A stretch of 64,000 nucleotides of DNA from Gemmatimonas sp. (lineage in GTDB: Bacteria; Gemmatimonadota; Gemmatimonadetes; Gemmatimonadales; Gemmatimonadaceae): NCBI GenBank assembly GCA_965279375.1, contig OZ257156.1:2144001-2208000 (forward strand), read 5' to 3'. Under the pieces are notes generated by a model. That model was not told where the DNA came from. It made no database searches and saw only the letters and a program-made list of their open reading frames with translations. The position numbers and the translations under genes are program-made. This document shows positions 1 to 9,482 of the stretch, in pieces (position 1 is the stretch's first letter; each line of letters opens with the position of its first letter).

Positions 1-40
1 GCCACCACTCCGTCTCAGCCATGATTTTCTCTGTGCTCGC

Positions 41-1354
41 TCAGACGCGCGGTACGATGTGGCTGCGCGAAATCGCGGCCAGCGACGTCGTGCCACTCTG
101 CTTCATCACCACTTCGAATTCCTTGCGCAGCAGCGCGAGCACCGTCTCCACGCCTTCCTGACCAAACGCGCCGAGTCCCCAGATGTACGGCCGGCCGATG
201 CCGATCGCGGTGGCGCCGAGTGCCATCGCCTTGAAGACGTCGGTGCCGCGACGGAAACCGCCGTCGCAGATGACAGGGATGCGTCCCGCGGCGCCTTCCA
301 CGACCTCTGGAAGCGACGTCACGGTCGCGCGCTGTGAATTCTCTGCGCGTCCGCCGTGGTTGGAGACGAAGATGCCATCAACGCCATGCTGCACGGCTAG
401 CTCGGCGTCTTCCTTGGTCACGATGCCCTTGATGAGCACCTTCATCTTCGTGGCGTTCTTGAGACGATCGACGAACTCCCACGTCGGCGTGCCCTTCTCG
501 AGAATCGGCGTGCGCTTTTCGTAGCCCACAAGGTTCGGCTTGCGACGATTGTCGCGATCATCCACGCGGCCGCTCACCCCCGGCAGCGGTGCGCCACCCA
601 GATGGCACTTCACGCAGGTGCGCGTGTCCTTGCGTGCTTCGCGGATCATCGTTTCGCGGTTGCTGCCGCCGAGCAGATCGACCGTGAAGACGATCGCCGG
701 TGCGCCAGCGCGTTCGGCGCGCTCCACCATCTGCTTGGTGATCGCCCAGTCGGACTGGTGGTAGAGCTGAAACCACACAGGTCCACCGCGCGCGGCAATG
801 GCGTCTTCGATCGACGTGGTCGCAACGGTGGAGAGCACCTGCAGGTGATTGCGCGCTTTCGCCGCACGCGCGACCGCGATCTCCCCCTCGGGGTGAAACG
901 CCTTCTGACTCCCGACGGGATTGATGATGATCGGCGTGGGATACTTGGTGCCATACAGTGACACGCTCGCGTCCACGTTGCCCACATCGATCAATCGACG
1001 CGGGCGCAGCGACCACTTCTCGAATCCGTCGCGATTGGCGCGAATGGTGCCGTCGTCGTCGCTGCCGGTGGCCAGATAGCCCCAGTGCGCGACCGGAATG
1101 CGCTGTTTGGCGATCGGCTCGAAGTCGAAGACGTCGAGTGCGTCTTTCGCCGACTTAATCAGCAGCGATTGCGGTGCGCGCGTGGCGACACTGTGCTCGG
1201 CCATCTGCTGGGCCAACGAGAGCGCGTGCGCGCCGTCGCCGGATTCGCCGGTGAGTCGCGAGAACGTGCTGGCGTCGATTCCAGCGGCCGCCAGCAGGGG
1301 GCTACCGGCGAGGAACGCGAGAAACTGCCGACGAGACGGGTCGTTGTTGAGCAT
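41..1354 (-). CDS. FMN-dependent alpha-hydroxy acid dehydrogenase/oxidase with Tat signal
   Basis: SNHGGR catalytic motif, DGGFRRGTDVFKA, GRPYIWGL, WFQLY; N-terminal SRRQFL twin-arginine motif; extra CVKCH motif. Confidence 0.9.
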   Translation of the reverse strand: MLNNDPSRRQFLAFLAGSPLLAAAGIDASTFSRLTGESGDGAHALSLAQQMAEHSVATRAPQSLLIKSAKDALDVFDFEPIAKQRIPVAHWGYLATGSDDDGTIRANRDGFEKWSLRPRRLIDVGNVDASVSLYGTKYPTPIIINPVGSQKAFHPEGEIAVARAAKARNHLQVLSTVATTSIEDAIAARGGPVWFQLYHQSDWAITKQMVERAERAGAPAIVFTVDLLGGSNRETMIREARKDTRTCVKCHLGGAPLPGVSGRVDDRDNRRKPNLVGYEKRTPILEKGTPTWEFVDRLKNATKMKVLIKGIVTKEDAELAVQHGVDGIFVSNHGGRAENSQRATVTSLPEVVEGAAGRIPVICDGGFRRGTDVFKAMALGATAIGIGRPYIWGLGAFGQEGVETVLALLRKEFEVVMKQSGTTSLAAISRSHIVPRV

Positions 1355-1407
1355 GCCTCAAGTGGCAGGCAGCGCGTCCTCTTGTCCAGTCCCGGAAGAC
1401 GGAGCGG

Positions 1408-2049
1408 TCAGCTACCGTGGATCGGGGTGTCCATGTACCGGTGCAGATCCGCGAGCAGAGCATCGGCCGTCAGTGCGCCCTGCTCATGCGCGAGCAGCAG
1501 CCCCCGCAGCCACTCGCGATTCGCCACGCCGAAGCGTACGCCGTTCGTGAGCGTGATGAGCGGACCAACCAACAACTTCGCGTGCGCAGCGATAGCATCG
1601 TCGCTGTCCGTCTGGCGCTCGAACTCCGCGCGATCCTTCTCGATCGATGCGACGATTTCCCCGAATGCCGCGAGCTCGGCGTCGACGGCGCTCAGCTCTG
1701 CGGATAGCACGGACGCGAGGTCGTGCGCGTTCATTCGACTGGCGAAAAAGAGCTTGAGCAGCAATGGCTCGCGGCGCGCAACACTCGGCGCGGGCTGGGC
1801 CACCCATCGGTCGAACGCGTCGACGCCCAACGGCGTGATGTGGTACTCCTTGCGGTCGGGACGGGTCTGCTGCGCGACGCGCTCGTGGCCAACCATCGCG
1901 TCGGCTTCCAGCTCGGACAGGGTGCGGTAGATCGCGGCTTGATCGGCGCTCCAGAAGTGCCGCACCGACGCGTTGAAGAACCGCTTGATGTCGTAGCCGC
2001 TCAGCGGACGAATCGTGAGAAAACCAAGAATTGCGTACCGAAGCGACAT
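1408..2049 (-). CDS. PadR-family transcriptional regulator
   Basis: LRYAILGFL..PLSGYDIK..IYRTLSELE..RPDRKEYHITPLG wHTH pattern; LLLKLFF C-terminal domain. Confidence 0.9.
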   Translation of the reverse strand: MSLRYAILGFLTIRPLSGYDIKRFFNASVRHFWSADQAAIYRTLSELEADAMVGHERVAQQTRPDRKEYHITPLGVDAFDRWVAQPAPSVARREPLLLKLFFASRMNAHDLASVLSAELSAVDAELAAFGEIVASIEKDRAEFERQTDSDDAIAAHAKLLVGPLITLTNGVRFGVANREWLRGLLLAHEQGALTADALLADLHRYMDTPIHGS

Positions 2050-2090
2050 CGGTCCACCGGACAGGGTTGCGTTGCCAACGCTTCACGGCC

Positions 2091-2140
2091 AAATATAGGA
2101 CAACGGGTATATATGTAAAGTCTTATATCATCACAGTCCT
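2091..2140. promoter_or_regulatory. AT-rich divergent promoter region with PadR-like operator
   Basis: ATGT-aaagtctt-ATAT at 2113-2128, one mismatch to the ATGT-N8-ACAT PadR box; lies between padR and the CocE gene. Confidence 0.45.
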
Positions 2141-3832
2141 ATGAAAAACGTCGTCAGAAGAGTCGCTCGCTCGGTCGGTCGTCTCGTGGTCGCGCTACTG
2201 CCGCTCGGCGCGTGCCACTCCGTGCCCGCGTCCGTCACACGTCCTCGTATCGCCGCAACGGACAGTGTCTCCCTCGCTGCCGACGTCATAGTCCCCGTCG
2301 CGGTGCCGGAAGGCGGCGTCCCCGTGGTTCTCATCCAGACCCGGTACTGGCGCAGCTTTGCGCTGCGAGGCGGCGGCAAGGAGGGTGCGGTGCCCCTTGG
2401 TCCGCGCGAGGCAATCGTGGAGCGGCTGGTGCAAGCAGGATTCGGAGTCGTCGTCACCGATGTCCGAGGCACCGGGGCATCAGATGGCCTCTGGCCTTGG
2501 CCGTGGTCGGTCGGCGAGGTCCACGATATGGGGCCGATCATTGATTGGATCGCGGCGCAGCCATGGTCCAATGGCGTTGTAGGGGCGACCGGCGTGTCGT
2601 ACGAGGGCACCACGGCCCTCTTGTCCGCGACCGCGGGGCGACCGGCGCTGCGAGCCATTCTGGCCCGCGAGGTGGAATGGAATCTCGTCGACGAAATCAT
2701 CGCACCAGGTGCAGTCCGCAACGTGGGTTTCGTGGATGCGTGGAGTCGATCGGTCAACGCGCTCGATCACGGTAAACTGCCGGAGCTCTTCCCGCGGCTC
2801 GCGCGGCTCGGCATCAAGGGCGTGCATCCGACGGACGACGATCCACGCGCGGACATCCTTCGCGCGAGGCAGCGCGCGCGTCCGACGACGGATGTGGCCG
2901 GTCGAGTGCAAGCGGTGCGCGGCGGCAACGATCGCTTCGGTGCCGAAGGACCCGCGTCGGATTCGCTTGGGCCAGCCGGCCACGTCTCGCGCCTTGCGTC
3001 GACCACCGCCGTCGTCGGGATTTGGGGAAGCTGGTGGGATGGCGCGACCGCAGACGCGGTGTTGCGCGCCCAGGAACAGATGCCGATTCGTGAAGCGGTC
3101 ATCGGTCCGTGGTCGCACGAAGGCGATCACAATGCCAGCCCGTTGCGGCGCGACGATAGCGAACGGCCTACTGTCGATCTCGATGCCGTGGTCGGGTTCT
3201 TTCGTCGCCATCTCAGCGCGCTGGACGGTGCGCGGGCTCCGCGCAACTCGTGGTACGTCGCGGGAAGTGAACGGTGGCGCTCCGGCGAGACGTGGCCGAG
3301 CACGAAGCCGCGCACGTGGTATCTCGTTGACACACGGCTCGACGATCGTCCGAGCAGCAGTGCCCCGCGCAGCCTTTCGGTGGACTTCGCGTCGTCCACC
3401 GGCACAAAGACGCGCTGGACGACTGGACTCGCGCGACCGGTCGACGCCCCGAATCGCGCAAAAGCCCGCGGGCTCGTGTCGTGGAACTCCAGCGCGTTGT
3501 CCACGCCGCTCTCGGTGTTCGGCGCGGCGCAATTCCGGTGCAGCATAAAGCTCGATGCGCCAGAAGCGGCGCTGCATGTCTACGTGGAGTCAGTCGACCC
3601 GAAGGGGCGCGTGCGACTATTGAGTGAAGGCGTCCAGCGCGTGCAAGCAGGATCGGTGTCGGTACGCATCCGACCTGTCGCCTTTGAACTGCCTGTGGGC
3701 TGGTCCCTCCGTCTGTCGGTCGCCGGCGCTGACAGTCCGAGCTTTGAACGTGTGCCTCAGGCGGGGCCGCAACGGATCCATTTTGGTCCCGAGGGCTGTG
3801 CGCTCGCATTGCCGGTCGTTGTGGATGAGTAG
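2141..3832 (+). CDS. CocE/NonD-family serine hydrolase (peptidase S15-like), probable lipoprotein
   Basis: TRYW, DVRGTGASDG, QPWSNG, GVSYEG nucleophile, IGPWSH; LGAC lipobox-like motif. Confidence 0.85.
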   Translation: MKNVVRRVARSVGRLVVALLPLGACHSVPASVTRPRIAATDSVSLAADVIVPVAVPEGGVPVVLIQTRYWRSFALRGGGKEGAVPLGPREAIVERLVQAGFGVVVTDVRGTGASDGLWPWPWSVGEVHDMGPIIDWIAAQPWSNGVVGATGVSYEGTTALLSATAGRPALRAILAREVEWNLVDEIIAPGAVRNVGFVDAWSRSVNALDHGKLPELFPRLARLGIKGVHPTDDDPRADILRARQRARPTTDVAGRVQAVRGGNDRFGAEGPASDSLGPAGHVSRLASTTAVVGIWGSWWDGATADAVLRAQEQMPIREAVIGPWSHEGDHNASPLRRDDSERPTVDLDAVVGFFRRHLSALDGARAPRNSWYVAGSERWRSGETWPSTKPRTWYLVDTRLDDRPSSSAPRSLSVDFASSTGTKTRWTTGLARPVDAPNRAKARGLVSWNSSALSTPLSVFGAAQFRCSIKLDAPEAALHVYVESVDPKGRVRLLSEGVQRVQAGSVSVRIRPVAFELPVGWSLRLSVAGADSPSFERVPQAGPQRIHFGPEGCALALPVVVDE

Positions 3833-3923
3833 CAAACTTGCTATCGAGCGCGCGGGCCAGTGGGGAACACCGGCTCCGCTGTCCGTTTGACAACTGACAT
3901 CTCATTTCCGAAAGGACCCTCAG

Positions 3924-4502
3924 ATGCCGCACATCGATCTGCGCCCGGAACTCTTCGGCATCACCAGCCTTCTCGCCTTTCGTCCGGAGACGGCGGCGCC
4001 GCTCTGCGACCTGACGCAGGTTCTGCTGCGCGGTCCATCCACGTTGAGCGAAGCCGAGCGTGAACTCATTGCCACGTACGTGTCGCAGCGCAACGAATGC
4101 GTGTTCTGCGCAACGGCGCATGCGTCGGCCACGTGTCATCTGCCCGGCGGTGATGCGGCGCTGGTGGCCGCCGTGCGCGAGAACCTCGACACCGCGCCGG
4201 TGAGTGAGAAGCTGCGCGCCCTGCTGCGCATCGCGGGGCAGGTGCAGGTGAGCGGCCGGGCTGTGCGAGCGGAAGATGTCGCGCTGGCAAAATCCCACGG
4301 CGCGACCGATCTGGAGCTCCATGACACGGTGCTGATCGCCGCGCTCTTCAGCCTCTACAACCGCTACGTGGACGGACTGGGCACCGCGCTCCCCGAGGCG
4401 CCTGAGTTCTTCGATGCGCTGGGCGCCCGCATCACCAAACGCGGCTACACGATGCCGCCCAACGGGTATCAGCCGTTGCAGGCTGGGGCGAAACCCGCGT
4501 AG
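3924..4502 (+). CDS. AhpD/carboxymuconolactone decarboxylase-family peroxidase-related protein
   Basis: ERELIATYVSQRNECVFCATAH (ExxxxxxSxxNxCxxCxxxH); NRYVDGLG; AAGGA RBS. Confidence 0.85.
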   Translation: MPHIDLRPELFGITSLLAFRPETAAPLCDLTQVLLRGPSTLSEAERELIATYVSQRNECVFCATAHASATCHLPGGDAALVAAVRENLDTAPVSEKLRALLRIAGQVQVSGRAVRAEDVALAKSHGATDLELHDTVLIAALFSLYNRYVDGLGTALPEAPEFFDALGARITKRGYTMPPNGYQPLQAGAKPA

Positions 4503-4584
4503 CAGCGACCGGTCGTTGCCAATTCCGGGACGGGACGCAGATTCGCGGGAAGCTCTCCGCGGGAATTCCTTCACCGGTGCCTAC

Positions 4585-6549
4585 ATGCGCTTTTCGCGTC
4601 GCCTGCTCGCTGCGCTCATCGTCGCTGCTTCATTCCCTGCGGCGGTCAGCGCGCAGGGATCCAACGCATTGCCGACGGCGCATCCGCTCGACGGTCTCTC
4701 GTTGCGCGAGCACTGGGCCATCTACGACGTGCTCGTCGCCTCGGGGAAGACCGACAGCACGACGCGCTATCTGTACACGGGGTTGCACGAGCCACCCAAG
4801 GCCGAGGTGCAGGCATGGCGCGCCGGGCAATCGTTCCGGCGCGAGGCGTTGGTCCATCTGACGCAAGGGAAGCGCGGCTACGAGGCGATCGTCGACATCG
4901 CGGGCAAGAAGCTGCTCTCGTGGGTGGAAGTGCCGGGGCGTCAGTACATGACCAGTCGCGAGGAAGGCGAGAAGGCCGAAGGGCTCGTGCTCAAGGATCC
5001 TCGCGTGCGCGCCGCGATCGCCAAGCGCGGTGTGAAGGACTTCACGCACGTCGGCTGCGGTCCTGCCAATCACGGCTACTTCGATCTGCCTGAAGAGCGC
5101 AATCATCGCGTGGTGCATGTCACGTGCGGTGACGATCGAGGCCGCAACACGGGCTACGGCGGCAACTTCGATGGACTGGTGATCGTCGCCGATCTCACCG
5201 ACGACAAAATTCTGCGCATCATCGACACGGGCGTGCAGGGCGACAACGCACCGAGCGGCGATCATGACGCGGACGCAATCGGTCCGACGCGTGTGACGAA
5301 GAATCCGGTGACGATGATTCAGCCCGGCGGTCCGTCATTCACGCTCGACGGACAGCAGGTGAGCTGGCAGAACTGGAAGTTCCACTTCCGCATCGACCCG
5401 CGTCGTGGCGTGGTGCTCTCGCAGGTGCGCTATGCGGACGGCGGCAAGGACCGCTCGATCATGTATCAGGGCTCGCTATCGGAGCTGTTCGTGCCGTACA
5501 TGGACCCGCAGGATCCGTGGAACTATCAGGGCTACTTCGACCTCGGTACGTATCCGTCAGCGTTTGGCGGCATCGCCAGTACGCTCGAACCGGGGATCGA
5601 GTGCCCGACGAACGGCGTGCTGTTCAATTCGGTGGTGGTGACCGATCTCGGGCGTCCGCGTGAACGTGCGCGCACCGCGTGCTTGTTCGAGCGCTCGGCG
5701 GGTGACGTGGCGTGGCGTCATGCGCGCGACGGAGAGTTAAACCTCGAGGCGCGCGCCAAGCGCGATCTCGTGCTGCGCATGTTCATGCACGCGGGCAACT
5801 ACGACTACCTGTTCGACTGGGTGTTTCAGCAGGATGGCACCATCAAGGTGAATCTCGGCGCCACCGGCATGGATCAGGTGAAGGGTGCGACGGGCGGGGC
5901 GAATGATGAGCAGTACGGCCGATTGATTGCGCCCAAGCTGGTTGGCGTGAATCACAGCCACTTCTTCTCGTTCCGTCTCGACATGGATGTCGATGGTTCG
6001 GCCAACTCGCTGCTCGTGGACAAGCTGGCCACCGAGAAGCTGCCCGCGAGCAATCCGCGTCGCAGCATCTGGTCGGTGACCACGACCGAAGCCAAGAAGG
6101 AGTCCGACGCGCAGCGCATGTCGATGATGTCTTCGCCGGAGATCTGGCGCATCGTCAACCCCGGCGTGAAGGGCGCGTACGGCAGCCCGGTTGGCTACGA
6201 AATCGAAGCGATGGGTGCGATGACGATGCTCACGCCCGACGACTACATGCAGCGCCGCGCGGGCTTCACCAATCATACGCTGTGGGTGACGCCGTTCGCA
6301 CAGAACGAGCTGTTTGCGGCAGGCGACTATCCGTCGGTGAGCACGGCGGGCGCAGGACTCCCGACGTGGACTGCACCCAATCGCAGCGTGGCCAACACGG
6401 ACGTCGTGGCGTGGCTAACGATGGGTTTCCATCACGTGCCACGCCCGGAAGACTGGCCGATCATGCCGGTGGCGTGGCACAGCTTCGAGATCCGTCCGGT
6501 GGGCTTCTTCAATCGCAATCCGGCAATCGATCTGCCCAAGGTGCCCTGA
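4585..6549 (+). CDS. tynA: Copper amine oxidase (TPQ-dependent primary amine oxidase), secreted
   Basis: HPLDGLS, YFDLG catalytic Asp, GNYDY TPQ motif, HSH and HHVPRPEDWPIMP copper ligands; signal peptide from ATG 4585. Confidence 0.9.
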   Translation: MRFSRRLLAALIVAASFPAAVSAQGSNALPTAHPLDGLSLREHWAIYDVLVASGKTDSTTRYLYTGLHEPPKAEVQAWRAGQSFRREALVHLTQGKRGYEAIVDIAGKKLLSWVEVPGRQYMTSREEGEKAEGLVLKDPRVRAAIAKRGVKDFTHVGCGPANHGYFDLPEERNHRVVHVTCGDDRGRNTGYGGNFDGLVIVADLTDDKILRIIDTGVQGDNAPSGDHDADAIGPTRVTKNPVTMIQPGGPSFTLDGQQVSWQNWKFHFRIDPRRGVVLSQVRYADGGKDRSIMYQGSLSELFVPYMDPQDPWNYQGYFDLGTYPSAFGGIASTLEPGIECPTNGVLFNSVVVTDLGRPRERARTACLFERSAGDVAWRHARDGELNLEARAKRDLVLRMFMHAGNYDYLFDWVFQQDGTIKVNLGATGMDQVKGATGGANDEQYGRLIAPKLVGVNHSHFFSFRLDMDVDGSANSLLVDKLATEKLPASNPRRSIWSVTTTEAKKESDAQRMSMMSSPEIWRIVNPGVKGAYGSPVGYEIEAMGAMTMLTPDDYMQRRAGFTNHTLWVTPFAQNELFAAGDYPSVSTAGAGLPTWTAPNRSVANTDVVAWLTMGFHHVPRPEDWPIMPVAWHSFEIRPVGFFNRNPAIDLPKVP

Positions 6550-6567
6550 GGCGTTACGCGCGTTTGT

Positions 6568-7326
6568 TCACGCGGGCGGTCGTCCGATCGCCCGCGCACC
6601 TACCGGCGAAATCAGCGCAACTCGCCGCAGGTGCACCGAGTCTGCTGCGGCGACGAACGCCGACGTCACGCCATGTGCGGCCATCGCCCGCGACAGCTGC
6701 GTGAGACCGCCGCACAGATAGCGGTTGCACAGGTTCGAGCGCAGACTGCGCGGGAGCGTGCAGCCGCCGGTCGCATGAAAGATGCAGGAGCCGCGGTAAT
6801 GACGCGCCGGCAGTGCGGCCACATACCGCGCCTCGATCTCCTCCGGCGATGGCGACGATGCCTCCGTTGTTGCAAGATGCGCGCGCACGCGCACGAGGCT
6901 CGCCGCCTTGAGAAACGCGTGCGTCCCGCCGGCCGTGCAGCACTCGCCGCGACAGACGCCGCACCCAACACCGAGCGTCGCGCCCACGGACAGTTCAGCG
7001 GAGTCGGCGGTGGGACCCTCGTGTTCGCCCGCATCGACGCGCACGGCCTCTTCCTCTGGCGTCATGGGCAGCGTGTTGTCGCGCAGCGGAACCGCGAAGG
7101 CGCGTTTGATCTGCAATCGCAGATGTCTCAGGAATCGTTTTCGCGTCTCGGCGGGTAGCGCGGTCGCCTCGCGCGTGTTGGCGGGAAGCACGATCACCGG
7201 CAATGCGATGACAGGCAACTCGCCCGTCGTTGGCTGATGCGGCGCAGCGAGCGCCTCGGCGTGAGACTGCAGCGCCGCGTTGCGCGCACGCTGCGCTGCG
7301 ATGGGGCCGACCCCTCCACGCGTCAC
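6568..7326 (-). CDS. Cysteine-cluster protein (YkgJ/CxxCxxxCC-like, putative Zn or Fe-S binding)
   Basis: CGVCRGECC...CIFH...GCTL..LRSNLCNRYLC; start uncertain. Confidence 0.55.
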   Translation of the reverse strand: MTRGGVGPIAAQRARNAALQSHAEALAAPHQPTTGELPVIALPVIVLPANTREATALPAETRKRFLRHLRLQIKRAFAVPLRDNTLPMTPEEEAVRVDAGEHEGPTADSAELSVGATLGVGCGVCRGECCTAGGTHAFLKAASLVRVRAHLATTEASSPSPEEIEARYVAALPARHYRGSCIFHATGGCTLPRSLRSNLCNRYLCGGLTQLSRAMAAHGVTSAFVAAADSVHLRRVALISPVGARAIGRPPA

Positions 7327-7510
7327 TGCTGCACCATAGCCTGTCGCTGGAAGTGGGCCACCATGACCAACGACTGGAAGCTAGCGCGGAACGCACCGTC
7401 GACGGGCAATCGAGCACGATTCACGCGTTGACGTGTCGCTCGCGAGGGTCGAAATTCGCCCGATCCTTGGACGCAGCTTGTCCTTCGCCGTCCTCGCCTC
7501 GGGAGTCGTC

Positions 7511-8959
7511 ATGCATCGTTCGTTCGTCGGTGGCTTCGCTCTCCTCGCTTTGCTCGCGTGTCCGTTGTCGGCACAAGCGACGTACGACCTGGTGATCCGT
7601 GGTGGCCGCGCGATCGATCCCGAGTCGCACCTCGATGCGGTGCGCAATGTGGGAATCCGTGGCGGCAAGGTGGCCGCGATCAGCGCCGGCTCGCTACAAG
7701 GTCGACGTGTGATCGATGCGCGTGGACTGGTCGTCTCTCCCGGATTCATCGACCTGCATGCGCACGGACAGGACGACGAGAACTATCGCGTCTTTGCGCT
7801 CGACGGCGTCACGACCGCGTTGGAGCTCGAGGTCGGCGCCTCGGACGTACCGGCGTTCTACGCCGCACGCAGTGGCAAAGCGCTGATCAACTTCGGCGCT
7901 GCTGCCAGTCACCTCAAGGCGCGCATGGTGGTGATGCGCGATGGCGGTGTTGCGGCCGGCACGCTTCTGCCGCTCGATTCGGCCGGCTACAACGTGGCCA
8001 ACGCCGATCAGATCGCCGCGATGCGCCGCTTCATCGACGCCGGGCTCGATGCCGGCGGACTCGGCGTCGGCATGGGACTGCAGTACACACCCGCCGCCAC
8101 GAAGTACGAAGTGCTCGAGGCGTTCCGCAGCGCGGCGCGCCGGCACGCGCCCGTGTTCGTCCACACACGCTCCTGGGGCGAGACGGATCCCGGCAGTTCG
8201 GTGGAGTCGTACATGGAGGTGATCTCCGCCAGCGCGATCAGTAGCGCGCCCGTGCACATCGTGCACCTCAACTCCACCAGCCTGGTCGCCACCCCACGCA
8301 CGCTGGCCATGATCGCAGAGGCGCAGTCGCGCGGACTCGACGTGACAGCCGAAGCGTATCCGTACATCGCCGGCATGACGGAGATATCGTCGCCGCTGCT
8401 TGAGCGCTATGTCGCAGGGCCGGACAGTCTGTTCAGCACACTCATGCTGGCCCGCACCGGTGAACGGCTGACGCGCGCCACCTTTCTGGCCAATCGTAAG
8501 CCCGGCGAGCGCGTGATCCTGTTCGTCAACACGCCCGAAATGGAAGCCATGGCGATCACCAGTCCGCTCACCGCCATCGCCAGCGACGGTGGACTGCGAA
8601 ACGGCATCGGTCATCCGCGCGCCGCCGGCACCTTTGCGCGCGTGCTCGGTCATTACGTGCGTGAGTCGCACCAGCTCTCGCTGGTCGACGCCGTGCGCAA
8701 GATGACGTTGATGCCGGCGCAGCGACTCGAGCGCCTCGCGCCAGTATTTCGCAACAAGGGTCGCCTGCGCATTGGCGCCGACGCGGACATTTCCGTGTTC
8801 GATCCTGCGACCGTGAGCGATCGTTCGACCTATCAGCAACCCGCGCTGCCGTCGATCGGCTTTCGACACGTCATCGTCAACGGCGTGCCCGTAGTGCGCG
8901 ACGGGGCGATCATCGACGGCGTGTTTCCGGGCCGAGGAGCGCGCGCGCCGCAGCGCTGA
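7511..8959 (+). CDS. N-acyl-D-amino acid deacylase/dihydroorotase-like amidohydrolase, secreted
   Basis: PGFIDLHAH, ASDGG, HPRAAGTFARVLG, KGRLRIGADADI; GGAG RBS before ATG 7511; signal peptide. Confidence 0.85.
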   Translation: MHRSFVGGFALLALLACPLSAQATYDLVIRGGRAIDPESHLDAVRNVGIRGGKVAAISAGSLQGRRVIDARGLVVSPGFIDLHAHGQDDENYRVFALDGVTTALELEVGASDVPAFYAARSGKALINFGAAASHLKARMVVMRDGGVAAGTLLPLDSAGYNVANADQIAAMRRFIDAGLDAGGLGVGMGLQYTPAATKYEVLEAFRSAARRHAPVFVHTRSWGETDPGSSVESYMEVISASAISSAPVHIVHLNSTSLVATPRTLAMIAEAQSRGLDVTAEAYPYIAGMTEISSPLLERYVAGPDSLFSTLMLARTGERLTRATFLANRKPGERVILFVNTPEMEAMAITSPLTAIASDGGLRNGIGHPRAAGTFARVLGHYVRESHQLSLVDAVRKMTLMPAQRLERLAPVFRNKGRLRIGADADISVFDPATVSDRSTYQQPALPSIGFRHVIVNGVPVVRDGAIIDGVFPGRGARAPQR

Positions 8960-8970
8960 TGGTGTCGCGA

Positions 8971-9002
8971 CGGATCGCCTCGCGACAGCGCGAGGCGATC
9001 CG
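8971..9002. terminator. Perfect 14-bp hairpin between convergent genes
   Basis: CGGATCGCCTCGCG-acag-CGCGAGGCGATCCG; no U-tract. Confidence 0.6.
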
Positions 9003-9005
9003 GTA

Positions 9006-9482
9006 CTACGGCTTTCTGGCGGAGAAGACGATGTCGCGGAGGGCGTCGTCGTCCGTTGGGAGTTCCAGAGTGCCAGCCGGGAATCCGTTGACGCTCAGGA
9101 TGTAGGCAATCACGTCGGCAACGTCCTTGCGACTGTACGTGCCGGGCGTGTCCGTCGGCATGGAGGTGCGCACCCGCTCGTGCATCTCCCCAAGCGTCTG
9201 TCCGTTCCAGTTGCTCATGAACGCGCCGCCGGTGAGCGCCGGCGATTCATCCGCGCCACCCAGCGACGCCTGATGGCATCGCGAACAGGTGCGACCATAC
9301 GCCTCGAGCCCGCGCGTCACCTGTGCCGCGGTGAACACACTGTCCCACGTCGTGCGCGAGTGCAGTTTCGTCTTCCTGACACTCGACTTCGCAGGCTGGT
9401 GTGCGATCGTGTTCGCCGACGCGTACATCGGCACGAGCACGACCGCACTGAGCGCGATCCAGCGACGCAATCCGACGCTCAC
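9006..9482 (-). CDS. Monoheme cytochrome c
   Basis: Signal peptide, CSRCH, distal SMP; start overlaps the upstream stop. Confidence 0.85.
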   Translation of the reverse strand: MSVGLRRWIALSAVVLVPMYASANTIAHQPAKSSVRKTKLHSRTTWDSVFTAAQVTRGLEAYGRTCSRCHQASLGGADESPALTGGAFMSNWNGQTLGEMHERVRTSMPTDTPGTYSRKDVADVIAYILSVNGFPAGTLELPTDDDALRDIVFSARKP

